Part shown: positions 31,359 through 41,758 of the stretch, piece by piece | How the letters are laid out: each line of letters starts with the position of its first letter | Numbering within the stretch: the stretch's first letter is position 1 | Assembly (NCBI GenBank): GCA_024743275.1 | Contig: JANSWW010000007.1 | Location: 4,256-68,255 of the forward strand | Direction of reading: 5' to 3' | Source: Alphaproteobacteria bacterium | GTDB taxonomy: Bacteria > Pseudomonadota > Alphaproteobacteria > JANSWW01 | DNA length: 64,000 bases | Translations under genes and position numbers: made by a program | Notes under the pieces: model-generated | Databases searched by the model: none | Told to the model about the DNA's origin: nothing | What the model saw: the letters and a program-made list of their open reading frames with translations, nothing else

Positions 31359-32293
31359 TCGCCAAGGACCCGTCCAAGGGGCTGAAGGAAGCCGCACCGG
31401 CGGCCGGGCCTCCGCTGATCCTCAATCGCCAGTCCGAGGCGGAGGAAGCCGCCGAGTCGTCCGATGACTGGCTGCTGACCTATTGCGACACGGTCACGCT
31501 GCTGATCACCTTCTTTGTCCTGTTGATCATGCAGGCCTCCTTCACCGAGCCGGAGCAGGGCGAGGGCATGTTGGACGGTCTTTTGGGGATCATGCCGGCC
31601 CAGGAGGGCGTCGTCGGGGACGCCGGCCGAATCGCGGAAAATCCGGAGGTGGCCCTGGAAATCGCGGAACAGGCGGAACGCCCGGCGGCGGACAGTGAGG
31701 CGCAGCCCGCCGAGGCCACCACCCCTAAACCGCCGATCACCGAGCCCCCGATCACCGAGCCCGTCATCGCGGAAGAGGTCTGGGCCGAGATCGCCAGGCT
31801 GAAGCGCGAGATCGAGGCACAGGAGCTGTCCGCCGACGCGGAACTCGCCCAGGAGCAGCAGCGGCTGTTCGCCGGAATCGCATCTGAAATCGAGGATGTC
31901 GGCCTCTCCGACCTGGTCACCCCGACGATGACGGCGGAGGGGGTGTCCCTCCGCGTCTCGAACCAGGTTCTGTTCCCGACGGCGGAGGCGGCCTTGAGCC
32001 CGACGGGAGAGGAGGTCGTCCGGTCCCTTCTGCCGATCCTCGCCGGAAAACCCTTCGATATCGAGGTGGAGGGCCATACGGACTCGGTTCCGATCGCCAC
32101 CTACGATTTTCCGTCCAATTGGCATCTGTCGGCCATTCGGGCGATCTCCGTCCTCCAGGTCCTCGAAGCGGCCGGGATCGACGCCACGCGGCTGCATGCG
32201 GTGGGCTATGGCGAAACCCGGCCGATCGAGGCGAACGATACGGCCGACGGGCGGGCCGCCAATCGCCGGGTCGAGATCCTGTTGAAGTATTAG
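31355..32293 (+). CDS. motB: Flagellar stator B subunit with OmpA-like domain
   Basis: WLLTYCDTVTLLITFFVLL, EGHTD, SNWHLSAIRA and NRRVEI. Confidence 0.9.
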   Translation: MIAKDPSKGLKEAAPAAGPPLILNRQSEAEEAAESSDDWLLTYCDTVTLLITFFVLLIMQASFTEPEQGEGMLDGLLGIMPAQEGVVGDAGRIAENPEVALEIAEQAERPAADSEAQPAEATTPKPPITEPPITEPVIAEEVWAEIARLKREIEAQELSADAELAQEQQRLFAGIASEIEDVGLSDLVTPTMTAEGVSLRVSNQVLFPTAEAALSPTGEEVVRSLLPILAGKPFDIEVEGHTDSVPIATYDFPSNWHLSAIRAISVLQVLEAAGIDATRLHAVGYGETRPIEANDTADGRAANRRVEILLKY

Positions 32294-32296
32294 GTC

Positions 32297-33469
32297 ATGA
32301 CGTCATTCGCGAAACACACCCACGCCGCCATCCATGACCGCCAGGAGATGGTGTTCACGGTCGTCGATGTCGGCAGCATTCTCCACAGTCGCTCGACGGT
32401 TCAATTGGAGCGCCTGGTCCATTTCCTCAGCTCCAAGGACTTCACCCGCTTCGGGGATTTCTTCAACCTGACCAACCGGTCCTACGCCGTGTTCGTCAGC
32501 AATCCGAAGGAGGCCGGAGACCTTGAAAACGCTCTCCGCTCCTTCTGCAAGGCCGTCGAAGCCGGCGGGCGGCTGTCGCTCCCGATCGAGACCTATCACC
32601 TGCCGCGGGATCGGCAGGCTTTCATTCGTTTCATCGAAAAGGTCCAGAATTCCCCGGACTACCCGACACTGAAAACGGTATCGACTCCGGATTCCCGATT
32701 TCGGGAGATGGGCGAATGGATTCGGATCGCCGATCTGATCCACCAGATCGACATTGATAATTTCGTTCAGGAAACGCCGATTTGGCGGATCAACCCGCCC
32801 AATCCGCTCGGTTTCGAGATGATCGCAAGCGAACTCACCATCGGAATTCGGCAGCTGGCGCGGGCCATCGACAAGCCGCACCTGTTCACAGATCCCCATA
32901 TCCTGAAAGCCACGGCGCCTGTTCTCGACGAGCGGCTGTTCTCCCATATCTGCCGGGAACCGTCGCACCAGAAGGGCACCATTCATCTCAACGTCTCGCC
33001 GGTGAACCTGTTGGGCCAGGTGTTCCGGAACTTCCTCGACCGTTTGCCGCAATATCTCCGGCCGACCTATAGCTTCGAACTGGATTATGAGTTCCTGGTC
33101 GAGGAACCGGCGCAGTTCGCCTATCTGACCGCGATGCTGCGGGATCTGGAGTTCAAGGTCACCCTGGACAAGGTGCCGTTCTCCAAAGCTGACGAGGTGC
33201 TGGTCGAGTCACGCTGCGTCGACGGAATAAAGCTGCTCTATGACGACGCGGTCGACGCGGATGTGGATGCGTCCCGGGAACGGCTGTCCGCTCTCGCGGA
33301 GCGCCACCGGCATGCGCGCCTGGTCCTGCTCTATCCGGAGACCGCGGATCAGGTCGCTGCCGGGCTGAGGATCGGCTTCGAGTTCGTCGAAGGCCGTGGC
33401 GTGGACGACCTCAGGATGGCGATCAAGGACGGGGCCTCGGCATATGAAGACATTTTCGCCTATGGTTGA
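32297..33469 (+). CDS. Degenerate EAL-domain protein
   Basis: EAL-fold landmarks (SEL, LNVSP, FEL, TLD, GIKL) with DDFG, EGVE and QG motifs altered; 3 bp after the motB stop. Confidence 0.7.
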   Translation: MTSFAKHTHAAIHDRQEMVFTVVDVGSILHSRSTVQLERLVHFLSSKDFTRFGDFFNLTNRSYAVFVSNPKEAGDLENALRSFCKAVEAGGRLSLPIETYHLPRDRQAFIRFIEKVQNSPDYPTLKTVSTPDSRFREMGEWIRIADLIHQIDIDNFVQETPIWRINPPNPLGFEMIASELTIGIRQLARAIDKPHLFTDPHILKATAPVLDERLFSHICREPSHQKGTIHLNVSPVNLLGQVFRNFLDRLPQYLRPTYSFELDYEFLVEEPAQFAYLTAMLRDLEFKVTLDKVPFSKADEVLVESRCVDGIKLLYDDAVDADVDASRERLSALAERHRHARLVLLYPETADQVAAGLRIGFEFVEGRGVDDLRMAIKDGASAYEDIFAYG

Positions 33470-33581
33470 CAGAGGGGAGGCGGACCGCTTCCCGACGTCC
33501 CATTCGGAAGGACAGCTTGGCAGGCCGGCGGTCTTGAACTAGTTCCTTTTCCGGTACGCCGTTCATCAGCGAGATTTTGAT

Positions 33582-34148
33582 TTGCCCACCACCGTTGACC
33601 CGGAAGAGTTCGGCCGGCTCGTCGCCCGATATGAACGCGACGGCTTCCCGCGGTTCCTGAACTACTGGCTTGAGCTTCGCGGAGACCGTCCACTGCCGGC
33701 CTACCGGGATTTCGACCCGACCCGTGTTCCTTTCGCGCTCTCGTCCCTGTTCGTTGTCGAGGATCGTGGCGGCGTGCTTCGCTATCGGCTGGCGGGCGAG
33801 GAGATCCAGTCCCGCTATCATACTGTCGTCCGGGGCAAGACCATCTTCGATCTGCTCTCGCCCCGCAGCGCGGCGGTCGTGGAGGAGCGGTGGAAGCGAA
33901 TGCTCGGCGGACCCCATGTGGGCTTCATCGTGACCGACCATCACACGGTCAATCATCGGTCGGTGACCGGGGTGCGGCTGCAGGTGCCCTTCGCCGACGC
34001 GGCGGGCGACCCGCGATTCCTCATGTGCCTCGTGCGGTATGTGTCGACGGCCGACTATGTGGATATGGATCAACCCCTGATCCTGGACGAGACCTATCGC
34101 GAGGTTTTGTGCCCGGCCGCCGAGGTCTTGGCCACGCCGTCAGCGTGA
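33582..34148 (+). CDS. PAS_5 (DUF1457-type) domain protein
   Basis: YWLELRGDRPLP..DFDP...YRLAGEEI. Confidence 0.8.
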   Translation: MPTTVDPEEFGRLVARYERDGFPRFLNYWLELRGDRPLPAYRDFDPTRVPFALSSLFVVEDRGGVLRYRLAGEEIQSRYHTVVRGKTIFDLLSPRSAAVVEERWKRMLGGPHVGFIVTDHHTVNHRSVTGVRLQVPFADAAGDPRFLMCLVRYVSTADYVDMDQPLILDETYREVLCPAAEVLATPSA

Positions 34149-34180
34149 AAGACCGACTTTTTAGCTTGGGAAATACAACG

Positions 34181-34195
34181 TTAATCGATTGTTAA
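34181..34195. promoter_or_regulatory. CtrA-binding box
   Basis: Exact TTAA-N7-TTAA, 50 bp upstream of a chemoreceptor. Confidence 0.65.
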
Positions 34196-34245
34196 TTCCG
34201 ACGCGCTACGACTCGCATCTCAAGTAATCATTGGGAGGCAAGGAG

Positions 34246-35967
34246 ATGAGCGTTCAATCGATAAATCAACTGGGACTAACGGCCAAAGCAACCGGGGTAA
34301 CTCTTGGTTTGCTTGTTTTGCTCGCGGCGGTTCTCGCAGTCGCCGCCTACAGCACCACCGCGGCCTCCATTGAGCGACAGGTAATCGATCAACAGAATCA
34401 GAGCCTGCGGATCGCGGCGCTCGAAATGTCCGAACGGCTCCCAGATTTCGATGTTGCCTATGACGGGGACGGCAATGTCGCCCGCATCTCGCTGGATACT
34501 TTGCCGGAGTTTGCCGCCCACGACCTGATCGACCGAATCGGTCAGATGACCGGGGAGACGGCGACGCTGTTTCTTTGGGATGCCGAGAGCGAGGATTTCT
34601 GGCGCCGGACGACGAACATCATCAAGCCGGACGGGAGTCGCGCCGTTGGCACGCCGCTTGGCCAGGGCGGGGCAGTCTACCCCTATATGATGCGCGGCGA
34701 GACCTTCAACGGCGAGGCGGTCATCCTCGGCACCCCCTATTACACGGTCTACCAGCCGATCCTCTCCGGCGCGGGCGATACGGTCGGGATCCTTTATGCC
34801 GGTGTCGAGAAACAGAAGATCGATGCGCTGCTCACGGAGATCGCCACGTCGTTCAGCCTTTCGCTGCTGATCGCCCTGGCGGCGGCGATCGCCCTTGCCT
34901 TGCTTGCCTTCCGCACCCTGCTGCGCCCCATCCCCGTGCTGTCCGGTGTCATGCGCCGGCTGGCGAATGACGAAATCGATGTCGACATCCCCTATGGCAA
35001 CAGGGGGGACGAGATCGGGGACATGGCCGAAACCGTCGAGGTGTTCCGGCGCAACGCCCAGGAAAAGCGGGGTCTGGCGCAGGCGCGGACAGAGGCGGAC
35101 CGAAAGGCCGCCGAGGAAAAGCGCGCGGCCCTGGCGGAAATGACCGAACGGCTCCAGGAGTCGGTCGGTGACGTTTCCAAGACTATTGCGGACTCGTCCA
35201 CCCGGTTGACGGATACGGCCAACGCCATGGTGACCTCCGCCGGCGTGTCGTCGGAGAAGGCCGGCGATGTGACGTCGCTCGCCAGTTCCGCCTCCACCAG
35301 TGTCGAGGCGATGGCCGCGGCCGCCGAGGAACTCGGCAGTTCCATCGGTGAGATCAGCCAGCAGATGTCCGCCCAGACGGAAGCGGCCGACGATGCCGTC
35401 AATGCCGCGAGCGCCAGCGACCAGGAGATCAAAAGTCTGATGGAGAGCGTCTCCTCCATCGGTGAGGTGGTCGAGTTGATCACGACGATCGCGGAGCAAA
35501 CCAATCTGCTGGCCCTCAACGCGACCATCGAGGCGGCCCGCGCCGGTGAGGCCGGCAAAGGCTTCGCCGTGGTCGCCTCGGAGGTGAAGAGCCTCGCCAA
35601 TCAGACCGCGTCCGCGACGGAGCAGATCTCGAACCAGATCCAGGCGGTGCAGAGCAAGACGAAAGCCACCGTCGACTCCATCGCCGGCATCAATCTGAAG
35701 ATCAACAACATCCGGGAGATCTCGGTCGCGGTCGCCGCCGCGGTGGAGGAGCAGAACTCCGCCGCGATCGAGATCAGCCGGAACACCCAGGAGGTCGCCA
35801 CGGCGACTCGGGACATGGCCGTCTCCATGGTGGACGTCAGCGACGCCACGGCCTCGTCGGGTGAGCGGGCGCGATCGGTCCTCGACATGGCCCAGGATCT
35901 CGCCACCGAATCCAACCGTCTGGAAGGCGAGATCCGGAGATTCGTATCGACGGCGGTCGCGGGCTGA
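34246..35967 (+). CDS. Methyl-accepting chemotaxis protein (Cache-HAMP-MCP)
   Basis: Two TMs, TATLF..RRTTNI..RAVGT Cache motif, DEIG HAMP and [30 protein letters not shown]. Confidence 0.95.
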   Translation: MSVQSINQLGLTAKATGVTLGLLVLLAAVLAVAAYSTTAASIERQVIDQQNQSLRIAALEMSERLPDFDVAYDGDGNVARISLDTLPEFAAHDLIDRIGQMTGETATLFLWDAESEDFWRRTTNIIKPDGSRAVGTPLGQGGAVYPYMMRGETFNGEAVILGTPYYTVYQPILSGAGDTVGILYAGVEKQKIDALLTEIATSFSLSLLIALAAAIALALLAFRTLLRPIPVLSGVMRRLANDEIDVDIPYGNRGDEIGDMAETVEVFRRNAQEKRGLAQARTEADRKAAEEKRAALAEMTERLQESVGDVSKTIADSSTRLTDTANAMVTSAGVSSEKAGDVTSLASSASTSVEAMAAAAEELGSSIGEISQQMSAQTEAADDAVNAASASDQEIKSLMESVSSIGEVVELITTIAEQTNLLALNATIEAARAGEAGKGFAVVASEVKSLANQTASATEQISNQIQAVQSKTKATVDSIAGINLKINNIREISVAVAAAVEEQNSAAIEISRNTQEVATATRDMAVSMVDVSDATASSGERARSVLDMAQDLATESNRLEGEIRRFVSTAVAG

Positions 35968-36319
35968 CCGGGATTGTGCCGATCAATAGAAATGGAACAG
36001 TAGAACGAGCTTTTCGCCCTCTTCCTTCGACTTGAAGGGCAGCACCATGGCGCTGTAGAGGGCGAAACTGCTCGGCAGCCAGTCGGTCATGCTGGTGATG
36101 CAGTAGGGCCGGTCACCTCAGTCCCTTGCCACTGCCAGATGATGCGGCGTTCCGGAGACGAGCATCGATGAGAAAGATGGCCAGCGATGACCTGGGATCA
36201 GGACCCTAGGTTCATTCCGGCGAAAAGGTTTTGAATTCGCCCGATCCCGCCCGCATAAATGCGTGTGGCGAAAAGCCAAGCGACACCAAACGATCGAAAG
36301 CGAGATCAGGGAGGGACGA

Positions 36320-37279
36320 ATGTCCAAGGGGTTCTTCAAGGCGATGGCCGTGCTGGCCGTCGCGGCATTCACCATGCCGTCGGCGTTGGCCGAGACCAGG
36401 GTCACCTATAAATCGGCGAAATCCACCTCGTCCTATTATCAGATGGCGGTACAGATCGCCGAGGCCATGAAGGCGGGCTCCGGCGGCGATATCATCGTCA
36501 CCGTAGAGGAGAGCCAGGGCTCGGTCCAGAACGTGATGGAATCCCGCGTGCGCGGCGGTGACTACGTGTTCACCACGCCGCCGGTTCTCGTCCGCCTCGC
36601 CCAGGGCGGCAAGGCCATGTTCAAGGATAAGAGCGATCCGAAATTCGACGAGATCCGCGCGTTGTTTCCGATCCCCTCGCTGACCATGCATTTCGTGGTC
36701 CGCCAGGACGCGGGCATCGCGACCTTCGCCGACCTGGAAGGCAAGAAGATCCTCATCGGCAAGGGCTCCTTCGGGGCCCGCGAAGGGGCGAAATACCTCA
36801 AGCTCTTCGGGCTGGAGGGCAAGGTCGACCTCGCGAATGTCGAGCTGTCGAACGCGGTGCCGGCGCTCAAGAACGGCCAGATCGACGGCTTTGTCACGGC
36901 CGGATCCTTCCCGGCGCCGAACGTGATCGAGGCCGCGGCCTCCACCGGTGTCACCGTCCTGTCGCTCGACGACGATCAGATCGCCAAGACGAAGCGGACG
37001 AAGCTGGTCATCCCGGCGGGCACCTATGCCGGTCAGGACGCCCCGATCACCACCACGTCCCTGCCGGTCGTGGCCTATACGACGACGGCGATGGCCGAGG
37101 AGACCGCCTACCAGCTCACCAAGACCTATTGGGAGCAAAAGACCTCCATGGGCGCCGCGGCGGCCTGGTGGAATGGGGTCAATGACGGGTTGATGGCCAA
37201 CATCACCGGCAAGATCCACCCGGGCGCCCAGCGCTATTACAAGGAAGCCGGGATCGCGCTGACCGCGGCCCAGCAATAG
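36320..37279 (+). CDS. TAXI-family TRAP substrate-binding protein
   Basis: Signal peptide, SSYY, QGSVQN, ALKNGQIDG and IHPGA. Confidence 0.9.
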   Translation: MSKGFFKAMAVLAVAAFTMPSALAETRVTYKSAKSTSSYYQMAVQIAEAMKAGSGGDIIVTVEESQGSVQNVMESRVRGGDYVFTTPPVLVRLAQGGKAMFKDKSDPKFDEIRALFPIPSLTMHFVVRQDAGIATFADLEGKKILIGKGSFGAREGAKYLKLFGLEGKVDLANVELSNAVPALKNGQIDGFVTAGSFPAPNVIEAAASTGVTVLSLDDDQIAKTKRTKLVIPAGTYAGQDAPITTTSLPVVAYTTTAMAEETAYQLTKTYWEQKTSMGAAAAWWNGVNDGLMANITGKIHPGAQRYYKEAGIALTAAQQ

Positions 37280-37384
37280 CCGCCTGCCATGCCGGGCCGG
37301 GCCGGGGCTGGTCGGGCCTGGCCGGGGCGGTCGGCGGGGCCGCCCCCTCACTTTCCGTAACCGGGCCTTGGCCGTCGGGGACCT

Positions 37385-39142
37385 ATGACGATCGATCGGA
37401 TTTGGGTGCTGCTCGGCCTTGTCGTGGTCGTGTTCCATCTGGGGCTGATCTTCGTCGGCCTGGTCCCCAATCTTGTGGCACGGCCACTGCATCTCGCCCT
37501 GGCCCTGCCCTTTGTCCTGATCCTCCCGGCGACCACCCGGGCGGGCCGGCTCTCCGGCGCCTTGTTGGCCGCGGCCGGCATCGGCGCTTGTCTTTGGATC
37601 GCCTGGAACCGGGACGCCTTGAGCGACCAATACGGCTATCTCGAGACCGATTTCCAGATCGCGCTCGCCGCGGTGCTGATCCTCGTCGTGCTCGAGGCGG
37701 CACGCCGCTCCATCGGCTGGCCGTTGCCCAGCGTCGCGGCCGCGGCCCTTCTCTATGGGCTGTTCGGGCAGCATGTCCCGGGCGAGTTCGGTCATTCCGG
37801 GACGCCGCTGGCGAGCTTTCTCGGGACCATCACCATCGCCGAGGGGGCGCTGTGGGGCAGCCTGACCGGGGTGTCCGTCGGGGTGGTGGCGATCTTCGTG
37901 ATCTTCGGCGCGGTTCTCAACGCGGGCGAGGCGGGGCAAGGCTTCATGAATGTGGCGGCGGCCGCCGCCGGGCGGCTGAAGGGCGGGGCGGCGAAGGTCT
38001 CGGTGCTGTCCTCCGCCCTGTTCGGCTCGATCTCCGGATCCGCCTCGGCCAATGTCGCGTCGACCGGGTCCATCACCCTTCCGGCCATGACCCGTCTCGG
38101 TTATCCGAAGCGGCTCGCCGCGGCGGTCGAGGCGGTCGCCTCCTCCGGCGGACAGATCATGCCGCCGCTGATGGGCGCCGGAGCCTTCGTCATGGTCGAG
38201 CTGACCGGGGTTCCCTATACCGAGATCATGGCCGCCGCCTTCCTGCCGGCGGTGCTCTACTTCTTCGCCGTGTGGATCGGCATCAACGCCTATGCCGGTC
38301 GCTACGCGCTCAAGGGCATCGCGGCGGAGGACCAGCCGCGGCCGCGCGACGTCCTGATCACCTCGGCCTTCTTCCTGGTCCCCTTCGCGCTTTTGATGTG
38401 GGGCATGTTCGTGGTGGGAGTCACGCCCCAGCTCGCCGCCTGCTGGGCGATCCTTGCCGGCGTCGCGCTGCTGGCGACGGACAAGGATCTCCGCTTCGAC
38501 CCGGCCAAGACCCTGCGCCGATTGGAGAGCGCCTGCCTCAAGGCGGGACAGCAGGTGGCGATGATCGCGTCGATCATCGTCTGCGCCTCCCTCGTCATCG
38601 GCGTTCTGTCGATCACCGGGCTGGGGGTCAAGATCACGTCGCTTATCTTGTCCGGGTCCGGCGGGCTCCTGTGGCCGTCGCTGCTGTTGACGGCCTTGGC
38701 CTGCCTCGTGCTCGGCATGGAGGTGCCGACGACGGCGGCCTATGTGATCTGCGTTTCCGTCGCGGGGCCCGCCTTGATCACCCTCGGCCTCGATCCCCTG
38801 CAGGCGCATCTCTTCATCTTCTGGTTCGCCCTGTTGTCGACGATCACCCCGCCGGTTTGCGGCGCCGTGTTCATCGCGGCGGGCATGATCGGCGAGGATT
38901 GGCTGCGGGTGGCGTTGACCGCCATGGCGCTCGGGATCGGGCTCTATCTCGTCCCGCTCGGGATGATCACCAGCCCGTCGCTGATCGCGCTGTCGGCCGA
39001 GCCCTTGGCGGCCCTGGGGGCGGCGGCGAAGATGGCGGTCGGTCTGGCGGCCATTTCCTATGGCGTGATCGGCAAAGGTCCTCCGCCGCTGCGGGCTCTC
39101 GCCGCCGCCGCCGGGCTCGCCATTATCCTCCTTCCCCTATGA
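37385..39142 (+). CDS. TRAP fused permease (TAXI type)
   Basis: GSISGSASANV, ASSGGQIMPPLMGAGAF and ITPPV. Confidence 0.92.
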   Translation: MTIDRIWVLLGLVVVVFHLGLIFVGLVPNLVARPLHLALALPFVLILPATTRAGRLSGALLAAAGIGACLWIAWNRDALSDQYGYLETDFQIALAAVLILVVLEAARRSIGWPLPSVAAAALLYGLFGQHVPGEFGHSGTPLASFLGTITIAEGALWGSLTGVSVGVVAIFVIFGAVLNAGEAGQGFMNVAAAAAGRLKGGAAKVSVLSSALFGSISGSASANVASTGSITLPAMTRLGYPKRLAAAVEAVASSGGQIMPPLMGAGAFVMVELTGVPYTEIMAAAFLPAVLYFFAVWIGINAYAGRYALKGIAAEDQPRPRDVLITSAFFLVPFALLMWGMFVVGVTPQLAACWAILAGVALLATDKDLRFDPAKTLRRLESACLKAGQQVAMIASIIVCASLVIGVLSITGLGVKITSLILSGSGGLLWPSLLLTALACLVLGMEVPTTAAYVICVSVAGPALITLGLDPLQAHLFIFWFALLSTITPPVCGAVFIAAGMIGEDWLRVALTAMALGIGLYLVPLGMITSPSLIALSAEPLAALGAAAKMAVGLAAISYGVIGKGPPPLRALAAAAGLAIILLPL

Positions 39143-39184
39143 GGCCAGATCAGGTGAGGCCAGATCAGGCGACAACAGATCAGG
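39140..39184. repeat. 15-bp tandem repeat x3 between convergent genes
   Basis: TGAGGCCAGATCAGG x2 plus CGACAACAGATCAGG. Confidence 0.85.
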
Positions 39185-39683
39185 CGACCGGGCTTTGGTG
39201 GGAATAAACGAGGACCTGATCGACCAGATCCCGCGAGCGGCCCAAGGGCAGGAAAAGGCTGTAGTCCTGAACCGGATAGCCGGCTTCGGTTGCGACCTCC
39301 TCCAGGTCGATCACCGGCTCCCAGTTCCGGTAGACGTGGTAGTAGTCCTGGCGGCAGCGATCCAGCGAATTGCCGAAGAAGCCGTCTTCCAACGGGATGC
39401 CGGTCGGATTGCGCCGGCGGATATCCACTTCCTTGGCGCCGACCACCCGGTAGCGGAAGGCGATCTCCTCGATGCCGAGGTCCGACCGACTGACGGGCTC
39501 GTCACCCTCCACCACTTCGACAAGCTGAATGCCCGGCAGATGGCGGGGCACCTCCATCGGATCGAAGAGCTGCCGCAACAAGAAGGGATGGTCCCCGCGC
39601 TTCTCGTTCCAGTACCGGAACAGCCCCTCCATGGCCGGGGTCAGCAATGCCACCACGGCATCGCCGTAGACAATCCTGTCCAT
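39180..39683 (-). CDS. PAS_5 domain protein
   Basis: YWNEKRG..FDPMEVPRHLP..FRYRVVG..LFLPL. Confidence 0.8.
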   Translation of the reverse strand: MDRIVYGDAVVALLTPAMEGLFRYWNEKRGDHPFLLRQLFDPMEVPRHLPGIQLVEVVEGDEPVSRSDLGIEEIAFRYRVVGAKEVDIRRRNPTGIPLEDGFFGNSLDRCRQDYYHVYRNWEPVIDLEEVATEAGYPVQDYSLFLPLGRSRDLVDQVLVYSHQSPVA

Positions 39684-39826
39684 CTTCGTCTTCCGTTTCC
39701 CAGCGCCCTACAGGACCCATGATATCATTTCGGGTTTATCCGTACGAATTGTGCGCCGCAAGATATCACGCCGGAAAACACAGTTAACAGGGAATCGCGA
39801 TCGTGGCCGGTCCCTGAGGTGGAGAG

Positions 39827-41758
39827 TCACTGAGGCAGGGAATAGCCGACCTTGGTGCCGACCCCAGGGGTGCTGTCGATCTCCAGGGTCCCGCCGTGCA
39901 GATCGACGATCCGTTTGACGATCGCCAGACCCAGTCCCGTGCCACCATGGGCCTTGGTCACGTCGTCGCTCACCAATTGCTGGAACGGCTCAAGGGCTCT
40001 CTCGACCCCGATCGCGTCCATCCCCATACCCTGATCCGCGATCGTCACCCTCATCTCGTTATCGACAATCGCCGCGGTGATGGTCACGCGCCCCAGGATC
40101 GGAGAGAACTTCGCCGCGTTGTTGAGGATGTTGAGGGTCACCTGAAGCATCGCCGTCCGGTCGAAACGGCCGGTCGCGTCAGGATCGCAGGTGAGTTCGA
40201 CTTGGATATCCCGTTGTCTGATGAGGGGCGCGCAGAGGTCGATCGCATCTTCGATCATCCGTCGCACCGGGTGGACATCGATGGCGAGTTCGTATTGTCC
40301 CGCTTCGATTTTGGAGAGATCGAGAATGGAGTTGATGACATTGAGCAAGTGCAGGCCCGCCCGCTCGATCGAGGCGGCGGTGTCCGCCAATTTGTCCTTG
40401 TCGAAGTTCCGATTCATGGCGATGGGCAGGAACTGCGCATAGCCGATGATGGCATTGAGCGGCGTCCGGAGTTCGTGGCTCATCGTGGCCAGGAAGATGG
40501 ATTTCGCCCGGTTCGCCTCCTCTGCGATCGCCATGGCGTTCTGCATCTCGAGGGTCCGCCGGTCGACCTCCTGTTCGAGTTGGGCGTTGAGATCGCGCAG
40601 GTCCCGGTCGCGGCGGGCCGCTTCCTCGGCAAGGCGATTGATCGAGGCGGCCGTATCGGACAATTCGTCGTTGCCCTTCAGCTCGATGCGGTGCTCGGGC
40701 GTCGAATTGATCCGGTCGACTCCGGCGATCAGGGCATCGACCCGGGAGGTGAAGAATCGGCGGAAAAACGCCTCCGAGAGAACGATCGAGGTGAACAGGC
40801 TGGCGGTGATCCCGAACAGCAGGAAATACAGGGCCCGTTCCGGCTGATAGCGGGCATAGGCGGCATCGTCGATGGTGATGGCGGCGACGAATCTCAGCCC
40901 CGGCATGCCGTGCTCCGACAAGGACATCAGCCGATAGATCCGATGGTCGGTGTTTTTGTCGACGATCTCGGAGTCGCCCTGCAGGAAGCGCTGTGCGATC
41001 CCCTCGTCCAGTTTCGATCCCTGTCGGATCAAGGACCAACGGTCGATCTGGGACAGGGTGAAGAGATCGAAATCGGCGATATAGGAATGGGACCTTTTGA
41101 CGTTGGTCAGGAAGTCGTCGTAGAGAAAGGCGCCCAGGTCGATTTCCGACTTTCCGCCGATCCGATCGAGAATCGTGACATCGGCATTGAAGATGATGCG
41201 GGATCCGACGGGGCTGTAATAGGCGTATTTTTTGAGCAGGCCAGTCTTCGTCGAGACCGAGACCCTGTCCACGGAGACACGCCCCGCGCCGACGATCCCC
41301 TCAAGATAGTCGGTGTATTCCTGACTGAACGAGGACATGTCGAGGTCGAGGTCGGCGTCGAATGTTGTCGCGGCCACCTTCAAGTCTTCGTCGATGATAT
41401 AGAGCTCATCGACATTGTAGGTTTTGGCGACCGACTCCAGGAATTCTTTCGAGGGGTTTTCTTTCCTGGTTTCCATTTCTTGAAGTATTTCGGCGCTCAG
41501 GCGCGGCAGCGCTGTTTCGAACTGCGTAGCCCATTCCGCCTCGACGATCCGCATGAGTTGAAGAAACGTCGTGATGTTGTTTTGAATTGTAAAAAATGCA
41601 TCGTCGATACGCTCGACTTGCTGCCGTTCCTCGACGCTATAGTAAGCAAGAAAACCAAAAAACCCCGTTAGCGCCGTCGTAAATACAGCGGACAGTATAA
41701 CGAGGTTCCGGACTCTGCTGGTAATAATGGTTCTAGACGGGCGACTTGTTCTTTCCAT
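39827..41758 (-). CDS. Membrane sensor histidine kinase (periplasmic-HAMP-HisKA-HATPase)
   Basis: Two TMs, SHELRTPLNAIIG, NAAKF, DQGMGM and GTGLGL. Confidence 0.93.
   Translation of the reverse strand: MERTSRPSRTIITSRVRNLVILSAVFTTALTGFFGFLAYYSVEERQQVERIDDAFFTIQNNITTFLQLMRIVEAEWATQFETALPRLSAEILQEMETRKENPSKEFLESVAKTYNVDELYIIDEDLKVAATTFDADLDLDMSSFSQEYTDYLEGIVGAGRVSVDRVSVSTKTGLLKKYAYYSPVGSRIIFNADVTILDRIGGKSEIDLGAFLYDDFLTNVKRSHSYIADFDLFTLSQIDRWSLIRQGSKLDEGIAQRFLQGDSEIVDKNTDHRIYRLMSLSEHGMPGLRFVAAITIDDAAYARYQPERALYFLLFGITASLFTSIVLSEAFFRRFFTSRVDALIAGVDRINSTPEHRIELKGNDELSDTAASINRLAEEAARRDRDLRDLNAQLEQEVDRRTLEMQNAMAIAEEANRAKSIFLATMSHELRTPLNAIIGYAQFLPIAMNRNFDKDKLADTAASIERAGLHLLNVINSILDLSKIEAGQYELAIDVHPVRRMIEDAIDLCAPLIRQRDIQVELTCDPDATGRFDRTAMLQVTLNILNNAAKFSPILGRVTITAAIVDNEMRVTIADQGMGMDAIGVERALEPFQQLVSDDVTKAHGGTGLGLAIVKRIVDLHGGTLEIDSTPGVGTKVGYSLPQ

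Noticed and set aside
30552..32293. Zorya ZorAB anti-phage interpretation of the MotA/MotB pair
   Set aside because: MotA is 268 aa with canonical stator motifs and no long ZorA tail. No ZorC/D/E genes are nearby, and it lies outside the island.
36212..38809. 865-aa minus-strand ORF, and similar long ORFs at 37402-39207, 39896-41671, 42761-44392 and 56197-58653
   Set aside because: Shadow frames of well-supported genes in high-GC DNA; skewed composition and no recognisable motifs.
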